The notes: generated by a model not told the origin, from the letters alone. Shown: positions 34,775 to 43,722, counted from the whole stretch's first letter. The stretch: DNA of 63,170 nt, filler included, from Myxococcota bacterium (GCA_049322255.1; 3 parts of 3 records of this genome joined end to end with filler, not necessarily neighbours in it), one strand, 5' to 3'. Numbers and translations: made by a program.

Positions 34775-35572
34775 ATGCGCTCTCCTACTTCCCATGGACT
34801 TTGGCTGCTTCTGCTCCTCGCCGGGCCGACCTCGCAGGCGTGGGCGGGAGCCAAGGAGCAGTACGAGCTCAAGTGTCTCTACTGCCACTCGAACACGGTC
34901 ATCGAACGGCTCAAGCTGACCCCTCCCCAGTGGCGGAAGATGGTGGAGCGCATGCGCGACTCGGCGCCCTTGCTGATCAGCCGGTCGGACGTCGGCGCGC
35001 TCACCCGTTACATCGTCGAAGAGCTCAAGCTCGTTCCCAAAGAGACGGTGGCGCGCCGGGTCAAACGCCCGCCGCCCAAGGTTCTTCCCACAGGCACCGG
35101 CACGGACACAGGCACAGGCACAGGCACCGGCACAGGCACGGTGGTCGCGTCAGGGACGGTGGGAGCAGAAGAAGTGGTGAATCCTCCCACGGTCACCGGC
35201 TCGGCCTCTTGGCTTTCCACCATTCCGGAGTACTTGGTGTTTGCACGGGTCACGCAGCCCGTTGGGACGTCTGCCTCGCTTTCGACCGGGCAGGGAGGGG
35301 GGCTGACTGGGCTGGGGGAGCAAGAGGTCACGGAGGAGCCGGAGGACGAAGAAGCCAAGGCGGAAGCGGCGAGAATCGAGAGTGCGGGCACGGCGCTCCT
35401 GGGTGAGAAATGCTCCCGGTGCCACACCCTCTACCGCGTCTACACCAAGATCGATTCTCTCGAGACCGGTATGTCCATCGTGCAAAGAATGCGCAAGAAG
35501 ACCGGGTCGGGAATCTCCCCTGAGGACGCAGACGTTCTGGAGCGGTTCATTCGTCTGCGCACGATGCCCTAA
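34775..35572 (+). CDS. Periplasmic diheme c-type cytochrome, paralog 2
   Basis: Signal peptide; CLYCH and CSRCH; shares APLLISRSDV and MR.KTGSGI with paralog 1. Confidence 0.8.
   Translation: MRSPTSHGLWLLLLLAGPTSQAWAGAKEQYELKCLYCHSNTVIERLKLTPPQWRKMVERMRDSAPLLISRSDVGALTRYIVEELKLVPKETVARRVKRPPPKVLPTGTGTDTGTGTGTGTGTVVASGTVGAEEVVNPPTVTGSASWLSTIPEYLVFARVTQPVGTSASLSTGQGGGLTGLGEQEVTEEPEDEEAKAEAARIESAGTALLGEKCSRCHTLYRVYTKIDSLETGMSIVQRMRKKTGSGISPEDADVLERFIRLRTMP
35090..35140 (+). repeat. Hexamer tandem repeat ACNGGC encoding a (Thr-Gly)n linker
   Basis: ACAGGC ACCGGC ACGGAC ACAGGC ACAGGC ACAGGC ACCGGC ACAGGC. Confidence 0.8.
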
Positions 35573-35659
35573 AGCGATCGTTTCCAAAAAGGCTGTGCTA
35601 GGGTTCGTGCTCCGGCGCATGTGCGACTTCCGAGTACGACTCCATCGAGGTGACTTCGT

Positions 35660-37816
35660 TTGTTAGGCGTGCTCGGAAAGTACCAGCTGCTCAAAGTGCT
35701 GGGCGCCGGAGGTATGGCCGAGGTGTACCTGGCCCGCGCCTCCAGCGGCCAGGTCTTCGAGAAGGCCTTGGTGGTCAAGAGCATTCTGCCGCACCTCAAC
35801 ACCAACGAAGACTTCATCAAGATGTTCCTCGACGAGGCGCGCATCTCCGCCTCGCTGCAGCACGCCAACATCGTGCAGGTCTTCGACTTCGGGTCCTCCA
35901 ACGGCCGCTACTACTTGGCGATGGAGTTCGTCTGGGGCCGCGCCCTGTCCACCATCGCGCGCCGGCTCTCCAAACAAGGGGGAGCGCCCCCGTTCGCCAT
36001 TGCGGTCGCGGTGGGGATCGAGATCTGTAAAGCGCTCGACTACGCCCATCGCAAGCGCGACGACACGGGCGGCGCGATGAACCTGGTTCACCGCGACGTG
36101 AGCCCCTCGAACATCCTCATCTCGTTCGAAGGGGAGGTGAAGCTCCTCGACTTCGGCATCGCCGCCGCCACCGGAAAGAACCTCACCACCAGCGCCGGCG
36201 TCCTCAAGGGAAAGCTACGTTTCATGTGCCCGGAGCAGGCCTCGGGGAGCCGGCCCAACCCTCAGTGGGACATCTACTCGCTGGGGGTGGTGCTCTATGA
36301 GCTGCTCACCGGGAAGCCGCTCTTCGAGGGTCAGACGGATCTGGAGACGCTGGAGAAGGTCCGCAACCCCAAGGTGCCTCCGCTCTCCTCGCGGCTGCCC
36401 AACGTTCACCCGGCGCTGGAGGCCGCCCTGGCCAAGGCGCTCTCCGCCGACCCCACCCGGCGCTACTTGAGCTGCCACGAGATGCAGGAGGACCTGGAGA
36501 AAGTCCAGCGGGCGCTCGGGCACGTCAGCCTCTCCCAGGCTGTCCAAAAACTCTTCCCCACCGAGATGAAGGACGAGGAGGCGGAGCACCGCGCGCTGTT
36601 CAGCGCCGCGCGCAAAGAGGACGGCGCCTCCTACCAGCTCAAGGTGGACTGCACGACCCAGGCGGACTTCCAGAAGCGCTACGGTTGGGTTCACCGCCCG
36701 CAGGGTTTCTTCCTCAAGACCCCCTCTCCCAAGCCGGTGGGCACCCGGGTGGTCGTGCAGTTTTTGCTCTCCGACCGCACGCTGGCGCTGCAAGAGCCGG
36801 GAGAGGTTCTCTCCATCAAGACGGACAACGACCCCGGTATGGTCGTGCGGCTCGAGTCGGTTCGCGCCGAACCGTTCTCCAAGCCCATCTCGGTTCCCAC
36901 GGCGATCAGCGCCAAGGAGGTGTCCGTCGCCGCGCCTCCCCAGAGCTCGAAGACGCTCAAAATCGCTCTCGCCTCGGGCGCGGCCGTCGCCTTGCTGGCA
37001 GGCCTTGCCGTCCTCGTTCCGCCCGCCTTGGAGCGGCGGCAGTTGGACAAAGAGATTGGCGCCATCGAGCGGCTCATCCACGACAACCCCGACGAGGCGT
37101 ACGACCGGGTGGTGACGGCGGTGGCTCGACACCCCGAAAGCGAGCAACTGCCCAAGCTCGCCGTTCGGCTCGCCGAGCGGCTACGCCAGAATGCGGAGAA
37201 GGCCCTCGCCGACAAGCGCTTTGCAGAAGCGGTCAAGCCGCTGGAGAAGAGCGCCCAGCTTTTGCCCAAGAGCGAGGAGATCGCCAAGCTGCTGCGGACC
37301 GCCCAGGCAGGTACGTTCGCCGCGGGAGCGGGAATGGTCCAAGTGGACGAGTTTTGGATCGACCAGTACGAGTACCCCAACACCAAGGGCGCTACCCCCA
37401 TGACCTCGGTGGACTGGAAACAGGCGCAAGAGCTCTGCGCCCGCGCCAAGAAACGGCTGTGCACGGAGGCGGAGTGGTTGAAGGCCTGCGAGGGCACCCG
37501 GCAGCAGGGGTTTCCTTATGGCTTCGAGTTCCAGAAGACGCGCTGCAACACCGGCACGACCGAGGTGGTGGTGTCGGGAGCAAAGTCCAAGTGCGTCACC
37601 GAGCCCGGGGTGTTCGACTTGAGCGGCAACGCGGCCGAGTGGACCTCGACCCCGCTGCGGCCGGGTTCTCCGCAGAAGATCATCCGCGGTGGCAACTACT
37701 CGCAGGTAGGACCCGATGTCTCCTGCCACGCCCGCGACTACTTCATCTCCGACGGGAGTAAGCAGATCGGCTTTCGCTGCTGCTACAGCCCCGTGGGCGA
37801 GGAGTCGGGGACATAA
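35660..37816 (+). CDS. Ser/Thr receptor kinase with PilZ-like domain, TM, TPR and FGE-sulfatase-like domain
   Basis: GAGGMAEVY, HRDVSPSN, DFG; GFFLKTPSPKPVGT PilZ-like segment; FDLSGNAAEW, RGG, IGFRCC. Confidence 0.88.
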   Translation: MLGVLGKYQLLKVLGAGGMAEVYLARASSGQVFEKALVVKSILPHLNTNEDFIKMFLDEARISASLQHANIVQVFDFGSSNGRYYLAMEFVWGRALSTIARRLSKQGGAPPFAIAVAVGIEICKALDYAHRKRDDTGGAMNLVHRDVSPSNILISFEGEVKLLDFGIAAATGKNLTTSAGVLKGKLRFMCPEQASGSRPNPQWDIYSLGVVLYELLTGKPLFEGQTDLETLEKVRNPKVPPLSSRLPNVHPALEAALAKALSADPTRRYLSCHEMQEDLEKVQRALGHVSLSQAVQKLFPTEMKDEEAEHRALFSAARKEDGASYQLKVDCTTQADFQKRYGWVHRPQGFFLKTPSPKPVGTRVVVQFLLSDRTLALQEPGEVLSIKTDNDPGMVVRLESVRAEPFSKPISVPTAISAKEVSVAAPPQSSKTLKIALASGAAVALLAGLAVLVPPALERRQLDKEIGAIERLIHDNPDEAYDRVVTAVARHPESEQLPKLAVRLAERLRQNAEKALADKRFAEAVKPLEKSAQLLPKSEEIAKLLRTAQAGTFAAGAGMVQVDEFWIDQYEYPNTKGATPMTSVDWKQAQELCARAKKRLCTEAEWLKACEGTRQQGFPYGFEFQKTRCNTGTTEVVVSGAKSKCVTEPGVFDLSGNAAEWTSTPLRPGSPQKIIRGGNYSQVGPDVSCHARDYFISDGSKQIGFRCCYSPVGEESGT

Positions 37817-37817
37817 T

Positions 37818-37852
37818 TCCCTCTCCCTCTGGGAGAGGGTCAGGGTGAGGGG
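37818..37852 (-). repeat. BoxC/REP-like element, copy 3 (between convergent genes)
   Basis: TCCCTCTCCCTCTGGGAGAGGGTCAGGGTGAGGGG. Confidence 0.85.
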
Positions 37853-37858
37853 CTTGAC

Positions 37859-38377
37859 TCAAGGCAGCGGCCCAAAGCCCGCATCGAGGGCGATGGCGCT
37901 GAAGCTTCCCCCTAAGGTGCGCCCGCCGCCGATGTCGCCGCCGCTTTCCTCGAAGAGCACCGAGAAGTCCCCCCGGGTGAGCTCGTCGGGGTTGCCTCCA
38001 GAAGAGAGCACCAGGTCGCCCTTCTTCACCCGCGGGAAGACCCGTGCCGGCTCGCCCCCCGGCTCGTGAATGACCGCTGCCCGCGGGTGCCCGGGGGCAT
38101 ATTCACCGGAGAGGTCGATTTTCGTTCCAGGGACGAAGTCCACGTCTTGGAGCGACACCGCCACCCGTGCCACCACGTCGAGGTTGGCGCCCCGGTTGTT
38201 GAAGTAGCTCACCTGAAAGGCCTCGTGGTTGCGGCGAATCTCCACCCGCGCCACCTCGAGGGAGAACAGCTCGTCGACGCTCCCGTAAAGACTGTTCTCT
38301 CCACGGCAGCCGAACACCAGGGCCACCGCTCCCGCGCCCGCCGCCAGAAGCCAGTTCCGTTGGCCGCGCGCGCTCAT
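37859..38377 (-). CDS. Hypothetical lipoprotein
   Basis: Lipobox VFG-C; ATGA-coupled to the upstream gene. Confidence 0.7.
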   Translation of the reverse strand: MSARGQRNWLLAAGAGAVALVFGCRGENSLYGSVDELFSLEVARVEIRRNHEAFQVSYFNNRGANLDVVARVAVSLQDVDFVPGTKIDLSGEYAPGHPRAAVIHEPGGEPARVFPRVKKGDLVLSSGGNPDELTRGDFSVLFEESGGDIGGGRTLGGSFSAIALDAGFGPLP

Positions 38378-39693
38378 CGCTCGACCGCCAACCGAACGGC
38401 GCCGGTGGAGAGGTGGCGATAGACGACCACCCGCTTGCCGCTGGAGAGGAAGCCCAGCTTGGGCAGATACCCGCCCTCGGGGTCGACCAAGTCGCGGCGC
38501 CAGTTGTTCACCACCCGCTGGGCCACGTACAACCCGTCGTCGTTGGGCGAGCAGCCGCCCTGGTTCACTCCCGCCCGCGCGGAGCAGACGTAGAAGGCAA
38601 TCGCCGGCTCGTGGAAGTTGGGGTCGAAGGCCAGCGAGGGCCACCAGCCGCCGGTACCCGACTGGTAGACGGGGTCGGGCTGCGTCCACGTGGTGCCGTC
38701 GGGCGAGCTCGTGTAGACGAGCTTGTCGTCCGCCCGGTCGACGACGGCGATGCCGTAGCCCTCCACTGGGTCGTACGCCAGCGAGGCTCCCGAGTGGGTG
38801 TTGGAGATGTTGAGCACGATGCGCCCGGGCGTCCACTGCCCGTTGGCCTGGCGCCGGGTGAAGACCACGTCTTGTCCGTTGCCTTCGGCGCTGCCGAACA
38901 CCTTGTCGTGCACCGCCGCCGGCTGGCCGTTGGCCATCACCATCGCGATGTGTCCGCCCCAGCCCTGCTTGTTGTTCCCGCCGGCTTCCGCGCACACCAG
39001 GTTCCAGTTGGATGGGCCGCCTTCGGCCACCTCGAGGTCGGAGCCGGCCCAATCTTGCTGAGGGAACTGTCCGAAGTGGCCGTCGCGGTAGGCGAGGTAC
39101 GCGGTCGTTCCGCTGAAGACGAGGCCGGGGTTCAAACCCACGAGGAAGCCGTTGTCGGAGACGATGTTGCCGCAGGTGGTTTCGTTCCCCATCGTCACCG
39201 CGACCTGCTCGGTCCAAGTGCCGCCGCTGCGGTAGCTCACCACCGCGTCGCTTTGCAGCCAGAAGGTGGAGTTGTCGCTGCCGCCGCCCAAATACGCCAC
39301 CGCCGGCTCGCCGCCGGCCTGGAAAGCGAGCGAAAGGCCGTAGACCCGCTGCACGGTGGCCACCGTTTCGATGGGCGAGATGGCGCCCGCGTTCCACTCC
39401 ACGTAGCGAATGTCCCAGTTGGGGACGACGCCCGAGCCTCCGTCCTGCGCCACCGCCACGCCGCCGTCAGTGGAGACGAAGTACGCCACGCCCACCCGGT
39501 CGTTGGGCCCCATCGTCATCGAGAGGAAGGAGAGGTCGGAGGCTTGCGGGTCGAGGGTGAAGAAGCCGAACGGCTGCAAGTTGCCGCTGTCGGGGCCGCC
39601 GTCGAGCTTGCCGCCGTCGGAACCGCCCTCGGGGCCGGGGCACGCGCACCCCCCGACCACCAGCGCTGCCATCGCCAGAGAGACTCTTCGCAT
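38374..39693 (-). CDS. Beta-propeller lipoprotein
   Basis: Lipobox VGG-C; repeated SLAF/Y..G.P.VAY blades. Confidence 0.75.
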   Translation of the reverse strand: MRRVSLAMAALVVGGCACPGPEGGSDGGKLDGGPDSGNLQPFGFFTLDPQASDLSFLSMTMGPNDRVGVAYFVSTDGGVAVAQDGGSGVVPNWDIRYVEWNAGAISPIETVATVQRVYGLSLAFQAGGEPAVAYLGGGSDNSTFWLQSDAVVSYRSGGTWTEQVAVTMGNETTCGNIVSDNGFLVGLNPGLVFSGTTAYLAYRDGHFGQFPQQDWAGSDLEVAEGGPSNWNLVCAEAGGNNKQGWGGHIAMVMANGQPAAVHDKVFGSAEGNGQDVVFTRRQANGQWTPGRIVLNISNTHSGASLAYDPVEGYGIAVVDRADDKLVYTSSPDGTTWTQPDPVYQSGTGGWWPSLAFDPNFHEPAIAFYVCSARAGVNQGGCSPNDDGLYVAQRVVNNWRRDLVDPEGGYLPKLGFLSSGKRVVVYRHLSTGAVRLAVER

Positions 39694-39758
39694 GGCCCGC
39701 ATCATAGCCAAGATGGGCTCTTGAAATGCATGGCTGAGAGGCCCCAGACTCCACCCCG

Positions 39759-40403
39759 ATGGCGAACCGACGCAGCCGAAGGCCGAAGGGAGAGTTCTCG
39801 CGCCGGGTCTTCATTCAGCGGCTCACCTTCTTCGGCGGCGGGGTGGTGCTCCTGGGTTCGGCCTGCAAGAAGGAGGAGGCCACGAAGGTCGAGGTGAAGA
39901 AGCCTCGCGGGCTCACCACCTCCCACAAGACCTTCACCAATGACGAGTACGACGTGGTGGCGGCGGCGTGCGAGCGCATCATTCCCAAGGATGAAGACCC
40001 GGGCGCGCTGGAGGCCAACGTCCCCGAGTACATCGACCGCATGCTGCAAAGCCCCGAGCTCTCCAAGATGAAGGAGGAATTTCTCTCCGGCACCGCCGCC
40101 CTCGACCGCCGCGCCACGCGCATGTTCAAGGTGGGGTTCGCCCAAGCCAGCGCCGCCCAACGAGACGAGCTGCTCACCCTCTTCAAAGACAGCCCCAAGG
40201 GCACGGGAGAGGCGCGCTTCTACGAGCTTTTGGTGGTGCTCACCCTCGAGGGTTTGTTGGGTGACCCCTCGTACGGTGGGAACAAGGACCAAGTGGGTTG
40301 GAAGCTGGTCGGCTTCTCCATGGTCGGTCACCAAGCGGCGGCGGTCCCTACGGGCTACGACGGCCAGAAGCACCTGCACCACGCCGGGCACGAGGGACAT
40401 TGA
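39759..40403 (+). CDS. Gluconate-2-dehydrogenase subunit 3 (gamma) family, Tat-exported
   Basis: SRRVFI Tat motif, IIP.DEDPGA, DPSYGGNKDQVGWKLVGF. Confidence 0.88.
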   Translation: MANRRSRRPKGEFSRRVFIQRLTFFGGGVVLLGSACKKEEATKVEVKKPRGLTTSHKTFTNDEYDVVAAACERIIPKDEDPGALEANVPEYIDRMLQSPELSKMKEEFLSGTAALDRRATRMFKVGFAQASAAQRDELLTLFKDSPKGTGEARFYELLVVLTLEGLLGDPSYGGNKDQVGWKLVGFSMVGHQAAAVPTGYDGQKHLHHAGHEGH

Positions 40404-40406
40404 GGG

Positions 40407-42065
40407 GTGCCGCTCTCTCCCGTCGACGTGTGCATCATAGGCAGCGGCGCCGGTGGCGCGCCGATGGCGCTGGACCTCGGGCGCGCGGGCTTCAAGGTGG
40501 TGGTGCTCGAAAAAGGCAGCCACTACGAGAAAGAGGACTTCGTCCACGACGAAATCCTCAACTCGCGGCGTAACTTCTTCATGCCTCTGCCTTGGGAGGA
40601 GCCGCACTTGGTGCGCTCCGGGGAGAGGGGCCGTTACTCGCGCACCAACGACGCGTGGACGGCCAACTGCGTGGGCGGCGGCACGGTGCACATGAGCGGC
40701 TACTTCTACCGGCTCAAGCCGGTGGATTTCCGTCTGCGCACCGAGCTGGGCAAAGTGGCGGGCGCCAACCTCGCCGACTGGCCCATCGGTTATGAGGAGC
40801 TGGCCCCCTTCTACGACCGCGCCGAGGAGGAGCTGGGCGTCTCCGGCCGCGCGCAGGCCCACCCCTTCGCTGAGCCGCGCAAGAAGGACTACCCCTTACC
40901 CCCGCTCGATGCTCACCCCATCGGCAACGAGATTGACGCGGCGTGCAAGCAGCTTGGCTGGCATTCGCTTCTCACCGCCCGGGGCATCATCTCCCGCCCG
41001 TACCGAGGTCGCGCCGCCTGCGGCTACTGCGCCTTGTGCGGCTCCTACGGCTGCGAGATGAACGCCAAGAGCGGCACCAACGCTTCGCTCATCCCCGCGG
41101 CGCTGGCCACGGGCAATGTCGAGGTACGCCCCAGGTCGATGGCCCGCGAGGTCACCATCGACAAGAAAGGCAACGCCAAGAGCGTGGTGTACCTGGACGA
41201 AAAGGGCGTGACGCAGGAGCAGCCGGCCAAGCTCATCGTCGTCTCCTGCACCGCGGTGGAGAGCGCGCGCCTGCTCCTCAATTCCACGTCGGCGCGGTTC
41301 CCCAAGGGCCTGGCCAACGGCAGCGGGCTTGTGGGAAAAAATCTGGTGTTCAGCTCCTTCGGCCAGTCACGCGCCATCTTCCGGGTGTCGAAGCGCCAAG
41401 CCAAGTGGCCCTGGCTCACCGAGCACGCTCCCTTCGTCAACCGCTCGTTGCAGGATTTTTATTGGCTGGGCGACGACCGCTTCGGCTTCCGCAAGGGCGG
41501 AACGTTGGGTTTCATGTGGGCCCACCCCAACCCCATCTACGCCGCCGTCAACTTGGCCAAGACCGGCCCCGAAGGCGTTTTCGGCAAGGCGCTCAAAGAC
41601 CGATTGCGCGAGTACCGTGATTCGAAAATCCTCGAGTTCGAGACCTACGGCGAGTTTCTCCCCACCGACGGCACCTACGTGGGGGTGGACTCGAACGTGA
41701 AGGACAAGTACGGCATTCCGGTGGCGGCCATCACCATCACCCGCCACCCGGTGGACTTGAAGATGACCCGGTTCCTCGTCGAGCGCGGGGAGGAAGTCTT
41801 GGCGCTCCTGGAGCCGGACAAGCTCGAGCGGGTGGGCACGGCGGGGGAAACCACCATCCTCCAAGGAGGAACCTGCCGCTTCGGCAACGACCCGGCCCAA
41901 AGCGTGCTCAACAAGAATTGCCAGGCCCACGAGGTGAAAAACCTCTATGTCGTCGACGGCAGCTTCATGCCCACCAGCGGTGGGGTGCCCTTCACCTTGA
42001 CCATCGCCGCCAACTCCTTCCGGGTGGCGAGCACCCTGGTGGCGAGGATGAAGCGGGGAGGCTGA
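40407..42065 (+). CDS. GMC family flavoprotein oxidoreductase
   Basis: IIGSGAGG FAD motif, VGGGTVH, Cys cluster CGYCALCGSYGC, GTCRFG.DP..SV, NLYVVDGSFMPT. Confidence 0.9.
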   Translation: MPLSPVDVCIIGSGAGGAPMALDLGRAGFKVVVLEKGSHYEKEDFVHDEILNSRRNFFMPLPWEEPHLVRSGERGRYSRTNDAWTANCVGGGTVHMSGYFYRLKPVDFRLRTELGKVAGANLADWPIGYEELAPFYDRAEEELGVSGRAQAHPFAEPRKKDYPLPPLDAHPIGNEIDAACKQLGWHSLLTARGIISRPYRGRAACGYCALCGSYGCEMNAKSGTNASLIPAALATGNVEVRPRSMAREVTIDKKGNAKSVVYLDEKGVTQEQPAKLIVVSCTAVESARLLLNSTSARFPKGLANGSGLVGKNLVFSSFGQSRAIFRVSKRQAKWPWLTEHAPFVNRSLQDFYWLGDDRFGFRKGGTLGFMWAHPNPIYAAVNLAKTGPEGVFGKALKDRLREYRDSKILEFETYGEFLPTDGTYVGVDSNVKDKYGIPVAAITITRHPVDLKMTRFLVERGEEVLALLEPDKLERVGTAGETTILQGGTCRFGNDPAQSVLNKNCQAHEVKNLYVVDGSFMPTSGGVPFTLTIAANSFRVASTLVARMKRGG

Positions 42066-42069
42066 CCAG

Positions 42070-42699
42070 TTGGCTCCGCCCATCGCCGCCGTCACCGCGC
42101 TCGACCGTCTGAAGGAGGGCAACCGGCGTTTCGCCGCCAACGTGCGCAGCATCGACGCCCTCTTGTCGCAAACGCGCCGCACCGAGCTGGTGGCTGGGCA
42201 GAAGCCGTTCGCCATCGTGTTGGGGTGCTCCGACTCACGCTCGCCCGCGGAGATTGTCTTCGACCAGGGCTTGGGAGACCTCTTCGTCATCCGGGTGGCG
42301 GGCAACGTGGTGGCGCCCTCCCAGGTGGCCAGCGTGGAGTTCGCGGCCCAGAGGTTCGAGACGCCGCTGGCGGTGGTGATGGGGCACACCGCCTGCGGCG
42401 CCATCGAGGCCACGCTGGAGGTGCTCTCCCGTCCGGACGAGCCGGGAGCGGCCGCCTTGCGTTCCATCGTCGAGCGCATTCGTCCGGCAGTGGAGCCGTT
42501 GCTTCATGCGGGGGTGACCCAGGACCGCCGCGAGCTCATCACCGCGTGCGCCAAAGCCCACGTGCGCGCGGGGGCCGACCACCTGCGCCACGGCTCGCCG
42601 GTCATCGAGCAGTTGGTGGCGGAGAAGAGGCTGTGGGTCGTGGGCGCGCTCTACGACCTGGCGAGCGGGACGGTGGACTTCTTCGACGGAGCGCCGTAG
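42070..42699 (+). CDS. Beta-class carbonic anhydrase
   Basis: GCSDSR, RVAGN, GHTACGA Zn ligands. Confidence 0.93.
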   Translation: MAPPIAAVTALDRLKEGNRRFAANVRSIDALLSQTRRTELVAGQKPFAIVLGCSDSRSPAEIVFDQGLGDLFVIRVAGNVVAPSQVASVEFAAQRFETPLAVVMGHTACGAIEATLEVLSRPDEPGAAALRSIVERIRPAVEPLLHAGVTQDRRELITACAKAHVRAGADHLRHGSPVIEQLVAEKRLWVVGALYDLASGTVDFFDGAP

Positions 42700-42710
42700 T
42701 CGAGGGCTTT

Positions 42711-42738
42711 TTGGCTTCGCCGACGTCGGCGAAGCCAA
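42711..42738. terminator. Perfect 28-bp palindrome between convergent genes
   Basis: TTGGCTTCGCCGAC-GTCGGCGAAGCCAA. Confidence 0.55.
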
Positions 42739-42742
42739 TACA

Positions 42743-43234
42743 TCACTGCGCGGTCTGCAGCCGCTTGGGCAGCACTTCGACCTTGAGCAGGTAGCGGGCG
42801 CGGGCATCGCTCTCGAACTCGATGAGGTGGTCTCCCTCACCGGCCAAGTCGGCCTCGCGGGTGACCCAGCCCACTTTCTCCGCCTCGCCGATGAAGGTGC
42901 GCCCGCTGATCGGCACCCGAATGCGGGCGCGGCAGCGCTCTTCGTAGAAGTTGAGCACCGTCTCCTCGCCCGAGGCGCCTACCTGCTCGAGGAAGAAGGA
43001 GGCACGCACGGTGGAAGGCTCGAACAGCTGCACCGCCACCCGGCCGGCCCCGGGGAACTTGCCCTCCGCGTAGGTGGTGTCGCCGATGAGACAGCCCGAG
43101 TAGGTCTCGCACACCGGCCAGAGGGCGTCGCACTTCTCCAGAGCCCGGCCGCCGATGAACTCCTCCCGCCGGCTGCCGCACCCGGCGAGCACTAGGAGAG
43201 TGAGCAGGCATGTGCCAAGCTGGCGCCGGATCAT
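42743..43234 (-). CDS. Hypothetical lipoprotein
   Basis: Lipobox LAG-C, four further Cys; ATG 43234. Confidence 0.7.
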   Translation of the reverse strand: MIRRQLGTCLLTLLVLAGCGSRREEFIGGRALEKCDALWPVCETYSGCLIGDTTYAEGKFPGAGRVAVQLFEPSTVRASFFLEQVGASGEETVLNFYEERCRARIRVPISGRTFIGEAEKVGWVTREADLAGEGDHLIEFESDARARYLLKVEVLPKRLQTAQ

Positions 43235-43253
43235 TTTCTTTCGAGGGTCGACC

Positions 43254-43709
43254 ATGCCCAAGCGCACCGTTTTCCTGGGGCTCATCATCGTCGCTCTAGC
43301 CGCCTGTGGGAAGGAGCCCCTTCCCCAAAAGCCACAGCTGCTCGTCGACCGAGACTCCATTGGCTTTTCCCAGGAGTTCGGCAGCGGCACCTTCGTGGGC
43401 GCCAAGCCGCAGGAGTCCTTGCTCATCACCAACGGCGGGCTGGAGAACCTCGTCATCAACAGCGTCTCCCTCACCGGGGACAGCCAGTTCACCATCGACG
43501 GCCCCTCGCCTTGTCTGAACACCGACGGCGGCGTGCCCTGCGAGGTGAAAGGCAAGGGGCGCACCTTCATTCGCATCATCTTCGCTCCCACCCAGGAGAG
43601 GAACTACTCGGCCAGCATCACCATCAACTCCAACGCCGAGAACGCTCCGACCAAGGTGGTGGGGGTGACGGGCCGAGGCATCGCGCCCAACGCCGACGGC
43701 GGCCAGTAG
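43254..43709 (+). CDS. Lipoprotein with Ig-like (ASH/choice-of-anchor-D-like) domain
   Basis: Lipobox LAA-C; ITNGG..NLVI, IFAPT..Y.A.ITINSNA, V.VTGRG. Confidence 0.75.
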   Translation: MPKRTVFLGLIIVALAACGKEPLPQKPQLLVDRDSIGFSQEFGSGTFVGAKPQESLLITNGGLENLVINSVSLTGDSQFTIDGPSPCLNTDGGVPCEVKGKGRTFIRIIFAPTQERNYSASITINSNAENAPTKVVGVTGRGIAPNADGGQ

Positions 43710-43722
43710 GGCCTTCGCGGCG

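Noticed and set aside
31661..37816. Diversity-generating retroelement targets (C-terminal FGE/CLec fold ending GFRCC)
   Set aside because: No reverse transcriptase or template repeat in the window, and the two 3' ends are not near-identical with adenine-specific differences
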